From NCBI GenBank assembly GCA_045863855.1, contig BTVV01000172.1, positions 1 through 10,819 of the forward strand: a stretch of 10,819 nt of DNA, in the 5' to 3' direction. Positions 7,639 to 10,819 of the stretch are shown in pieces. Every line of letters begins with the position of its first letter. The first letter of the stretch is position 1. This DNA is from Planctomycetota bacterium (GTDB taxonomy: Bacteria; Planctomycetota; SZUA-567; H5-PLA8). The translations under genes were made by a program, and so were the position numbers. Under the pieces are notes generated by a model. It searched no databases, was not told where the DNA came from, and saw only the letters and a program-made list of their open reading frames with translations.

Positions 7639-7682
7639 GGCGTCTCCGCGCGGCTCTCCGCGCAAGGAATGCGACGGCGGCT

Positions 7683-8798
7683 TCAGATCGGAACCGGGAT
7701 CTCTTCTATGACCTCGGCGAGAATATTCTCGGCTTCCTTGCGCGGGCCGCCGGCGTCGCGGTTTTTCTCAATGATGCGATGGCCCAGCACCGGGAGCACC
7801 AGGCGCTTGATGTCGTCCGGAATCACATACTTGCGGCCTTCCAGGACCGCGTGGGCCTGTGCGGCGCGAGCGAGCATTTTGACACCTCGAGGCGAAACGC
7901 CAAGCGCCAGCGCTTTATGCTCGCGGGTCTTATGGGCCAGTTCCACGATGTAGGCGTACAACCCGTCGTCCACCGTGGCCGAACAGACCAGTTCCTGGAG
8001 CTGCAGCACTTCCTCGGAGGTGATGACCGGTTCCAGCGTGTCGATGGGGTGGGCGAGCTTGTGCCCTTTCAGCATAGCCAGTTCGCTGTCGCGATCGGGG
8101 TAGCCGACGCTTACGCGAAGCAGAAAACGGTCGAGCTGCGCTTCGGGCAGCGGATACGTACCCGCGTATTCGATCGGGTTTTCCGTCGCCAGCACGATAA
8201 ACGGATGCGGCAGCTTGTGCGTATGGCCGTCCACCGAGACTTGAAAGTCGTTCATGGCTTCCAGCAGCGCCGACTGCGTGCGCGGCGCCGTGCGGTTGAT
8301 CTCATCCGCTAGAATCACATTGGCGAAAAGCGGGCCGGGGTGGAACTTGAATCGGCTCTCGCGCTGCTCGAAGACCGAAACGCCCACCACATCACTGGGC
8401 AGCAGATCCGGCGTAAACTGAATGCGGCAAAACTTGCAGTCGATCGATTTCGCGAGAGCGCGAGCCAGCGTCGTCTTGCCGACTCCCGGTACGTCCTCGA
8501 TCAGCACGTGTCCGCGCGCGAGCAGGCCGACGAGCACTTGCTTGACCGTGTCGCGTTTGCCCACGATCACCTTCTCGATATTGTGGATCAACGCGGCCAG
8601 GCGTTCGGTTACGGTGGAGCCGGTGGTTTGATTTTGCGTTCGGGATAACTCGGCGGCGGCTTCCTTGGGGCGCAGCGCCTGGGGCGCCTCTTCATGCGAT
8701 GGAGTCTGGCTCTCGGGTGTGAGCGGGGACAAGGGCGAGGCACTGGGCCCAAACGCGGTGCTCATCGACTCGGTTCCGTTGCCAGCGTAGCGAAGCAT
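7683..8798 (-). CDS. moxR: MoxR-family AAA+ ATPase (MRP subfamily)
   Basis: HVLIEDVPGVGKT (Walker A), RIQFTPDLLPSD, ILADEINR (Walker B), TQSALLEAM, GTYPLPEAQLDRF, LGVSPRG, VLGHRI. Start is uncertain (ATG 8798 or ATG 8765); about 50 aa of Pro/Ser/Thr-rich N-terminal extension. Confidence 0.95.
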   Translation of the reverse strand: MLRYAGNGTESMSTAFGPSASPLSPLTPESQTPSHEEAPQALRPKEAAAELSRTQNQTTGSTVTERLAALIHNIEKVIVGKRDTVKQVLVGLLARGHVLIEDVPGVGKTTLARALAKSIDCKFCRIQFTPDLLPSDVVGVSVFEQRESRFKFHPGPLFANVILADEINRTAPRTQSALLEAMNDFQVSVDGHTHKLPHPFIVLATENPIEYAGTYPLPEAQLDRFLLRVSVGYPDRDSELAMLKGHKLAHPIDTLEPVITSEEVLQLQELVCSATVDDGLYAYIVELAHKTREHKALALGVSPRGVKMLARAAQAHAVLEGRKYVIPDDIKRLVLPVLGHRIIEKNRDAGGPRKEAENILAEVIEEIPVPI

Positions 8799-8915
8799 CC
8801 CTGCAGCGGGGCCATGGTACTCGCCGCATTACGCTTCGGCAAGGAACCCTGGAAATCGGTCTGCCCCTGGGACTTGGACGCTACGAGCGGCACGCATGTT
8901 CCGCTTGGACAGGCC

Positions 8916-9236
8916 TTATTTGAGGAAGATCCCGAAGCAGCCTAAAAACAGGATGCCCAGCGCAAAGCAAGTAACCAAGGCCAAGGTCAGCGAAACCGAT
9001 ATGAAGGCGGCGGTCAGGACGCGGGCGAACATGCTGGTGTATCGATAGCCTGCTTCATCGTCACGCAGGACGATGGCTGCTCCACCGTATGTGGCCGAAA
9101 CCGGCAGGCTCAACGACCACAAGCCCAATCCTGAGAAAAGCATCCACCACGTATAACCGTGTACGGCCTGAAGGCATTGAATGGCGATGACGAAGGCCAA
9201 GGAGACGCGCAAGCGCATGCCGTTCCAAAGGGCCAT
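8916..9236 (-). CDS. Small hypothetical integral membrane protein (about 3 TM helices), 106 aa
   Basis: Hydrophobic segments VSLAFVIAIQCL, WWMLFSGLGLWSLSL and VLTAAFISVSLTLALVTCFALGILFLGCFGIFL; GGAG at 9245-9248 before ATG 9236 (alternative start GTG 9260). Confidence 0.6.
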   Translation of the reverse strand: MALWNGMRLRVSLAFVIAIQCLQAVHGYTWWMLFSGLGLWSLSLPVSATYGGAAIVLRDDEAGYRYTSMFARVLTAAFISVSLTLALVTCFALGILFLGCFGIFLK

Positions 9237-9448
9237 GTCCGTAGCTCCGTCGCCTGACACGAATCCTTAATATATCGCCTGGAGTTAGCGAAACCTAGCG
9301 TTCACCACAAAACTAACGGTCTTGGCCCGGAATTCAGGTCCGAAGCTACTGGCATTTAGCGGCATCTATTAGAAGTAGACTGAATTCGCAATGCACGTGC
9401 GCAACTTCAGCCGCAGGCTCCCGGCACGGGCAAACGTCTTGAAAGAGG

Positions 9449-9454
9449 TATAAT
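9449..9454 (+). promoter_or_regulatory. Putative -10 box for the anti-sigma-like gene
   Basis: Perfect TATAAT followed by GC-rich GCGCTC; no good -35 at 17 bp spacing. Confidence 0.35.
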
Positions 9455-9509
9455 GCGCTCGACGGTGGGCCGGTTCCAGGCCCGCGGGGATGAAGGGATT
9501 CGCTCCAGC

Positions 9510-10187
9510 ATGTCGGACGGCAGGCCAAGCGAGGCGGGCAGGACCGATCCGTTCGGCGAGGGCGGAGACGGTACCGGTGTCGCGTTGACCGCGGAAGAGG
9601 CCCTCGAACTGCTGCCCAACTACGTGGGCGGCACGTTGCCGGCTCATCTGAGCCGAGAGATCGAGGCCCATATCGCGCATTCGCCTGCTTGCGCTGAGGA
9701 GCTTAAGCGTCTGCGCGCCGAGGAAGACCTGCTGGTCGAAGCGCTTTCCGAGTTGCGGCCCGATCCCACCTTTCGAGCGCGCGTGGCGGCGACGTGCGAG
9801 CATGTTCATCGCGGCGCCGAACAAGTGGCCAACTCGCTTCCGGAGAACGGTTGGGCGGCCTTTCGCTGGACATTCGCGTGTCTGAGCCTCGCGGTGTTCA
9901 CGGCGATTTCGCTTCTGCTTTCGCCGCCTTCGCCGAGTGAAGAGTTGTTCGACGTCGGCGAACTGCCCGGGCAGTACCTGCCGCTCTTCTGGATAAACGT
10001 GACGCTCTTCATGCTCTCGCTCTTCCTGTTGATCGGTGGCCGGCTGGTGGCGGCTTTGGAAGCGTACTTCACAGGCCGGGGCGCGGAGCAGCTTCCTTCG
10101 CGGCTGGAGGTCCTTACGCTGGAAACCCTGGGATTGTGCGGCGTCATCGCGACTACGGTCTTTCACTACCTGCACTGGACGGGTTAA
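9510..10187 (+). CDS. Anti-sigma-factor-like membrane protein with a degenerate zf-HC2 N-terminal domain and about 3 TM helices
   Basis: EEALELLPNYVGGTL...EIEAHIAHSPACAEEL matches the zf-HC2/ASD pattern, followed by PDPTFRARV and three hydrophobic helices. Start is ATG 9510 or ATG 9453; the latter overlaps the TATAAT. Confidence 0.75.
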   Translation: MSDGRPSEAGRTDPFGEGGDGTGVALTAEEALELLPNYVGGTLPAHLSREIEAHIAHSPACAEELKRLRAEEDLLVEALSELRPDPTFRARVAATCEHVHRGAEQVANSLPENGWAAFRWTFACLSLAVFTAISLLLSPPSPSEELFDVGELPGQYLPLFWINVTLFMLSLFLLIGGRLVAALEAYFTGRGAEQLPSRLEVLTLETLGLCGVIATTVFHYLHWTG

Positions 10188-10301
10188 GCGCGTCCGAAAT
10201 TGCCACCGTTGCCAGCGGGGGCGAAGACCGTATCCTATAGTCCGCCATGTTCAGAGGCACTCATCCAATCGCGCGTCCCAGCAGCGGGGGACGCTGACCC
10301 C

Positions 10302-10819
10302 GTGGAACGGCCTGCGGAGCCCGAGAGCTTGGCGGCGTTAATTCGCCGCTGGGCGCCGTGGTGCCTCGCGGCGGTGGCGGTGGCGTTGTACGCCAACGCT
10401 ATGCATTCGGCCTTCGTGTTTGACGATCACCTTTGCGTGCTGCCGCCGCTTAAGGATTCGCACGCGCTTTGGCCGCCGTGGGAATCCTTTTACGGCTATC
10501 CGTTTTCCAATTGCTTCGACCGCCCAGTCACCTCCTACACCCATGCGCTCAGCTATGCGCTCAGCGGCAAGGAGTCGTGGGGCTTTCACGTCGTCAGTCT
10601 TATCGTGCTCATCCTGGCGGGATGGACGTTGTTCGGCTTGACGCGCGCGATCCTGCGGCTGCCGGCGCTGCGTGAGAGGTATGGCGAGGCGGCGGAAGGC
10701 ATCGCCTTTTCGGTCGCGCTGCTTTGGGTCGTGCACCCCATCGGCACGGTCTGCACCGTGTATATCACCCAGCGCGCTCAAACCCTGATGGCGCTGTTTT
10801 TCATGTTCACCCTTTATGC
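10302..10819 (+). CDS. TMTC-like GT-C glycosyltransferase (protein O-mannosyltransferase-like membrane protein, often TPR-fused), 5' part; runs off the right edge
   Basis: Manual translation (not in ORF track): ...WCLAAVAVALYANAMHSAFVFDDH...DRPVTSYTHALSYALSG.ESWGFH...ALLWVVHPIGT.CTVYITQRAQTLMALFF. It carries the Y.N....F.FDD, RP, HP and YI.QR motifs. The frame is open from 10188; likely start is GTG 10302 (GGGGGA upstream), alternative TTG 10329. Confidence 0.85.
   Translation, partial: MERPAEPESLAALIRRWAPWCLAAVAVALYANAMHSAFVFDDHLCVLPPLKDSHALWPPWESFYGYPFSNCFDRPVTSYTHALSYALSGKESWGFHVVSLIVLILAGWTLFGLTRAILRLPALRERYGEAAEGIAFSVALLWVVHPIGTVCTVYITQRAQTLMALFFMFTLY

Noticed and set aside
7648..7663. 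Small hairpin GCGCGG-N4-CCGCGC just upstream of the DUF58 RBS
   Set aside because: A 6-bp GC stem with no U-tract is expected by chance at this GC content, and it is not a terminator.
9326..9410. Short imperfect palindromes in the AT-richer divergent intergenic region
   Set aside because: Too short and mismatched to call as operators or ncRNA.
10543..10565. Tandem repeat ATGCGCTCAGC x2
   Set aside because: It encodes ALS-Y-ALS within the coding region, consistent with an ordinary AL.YAL segment; only two copies.
9369..10781. Minus-strand ORFs 9369..10175 and 10338..10781
   Set aside because: Arg-rich antisense shadows of the anti-sigma-like and GT-C genes.
1..10819. CRISPR arrays, tRNA/rRNA genes, IS or integrase elements, defence systems
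   Set aside because: I saw no regularly spaced repeats, tRNA-like folds, or transposase/nuclease motifs; intergenic gaps are short and explained by the flanking genes.

Overview
GC-rich bacterial chromosomal window with ten CDSs. The protein repertoire looks Planctomycetota/PVC-like, which is inference only. The left block (minus strand) has two tandem Mrp/ApbC-family Fe-S carrier ATPases followed by a truncated AhbA/NirD-like siroheme decarboxylase. The first ATPase has an HCF101-like DUF59-ATPase-DUF971 architecture, the second is more degenerate, and both lack the canonical cluster-binding CxxC loop. Divergent from this block is an exported protein with ten DnaJ-type Cys-pair repeats in mirror-symmetric spacing. 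The centre holds a minus-strand MoxR ATPase / DUF58 / transglutaminase-like (TgpA-type) operon preceded by a small membrane protein. On the right are an orphan anti-sigma-like membrane protein with a degenerate zf-HC2 motif and the 5' part of a TMTC-like GT-C glycosyltransferase. The two edge genes are missing from the ORF track. I saw no RNA genes, CRISPR arrays or mobile elements.
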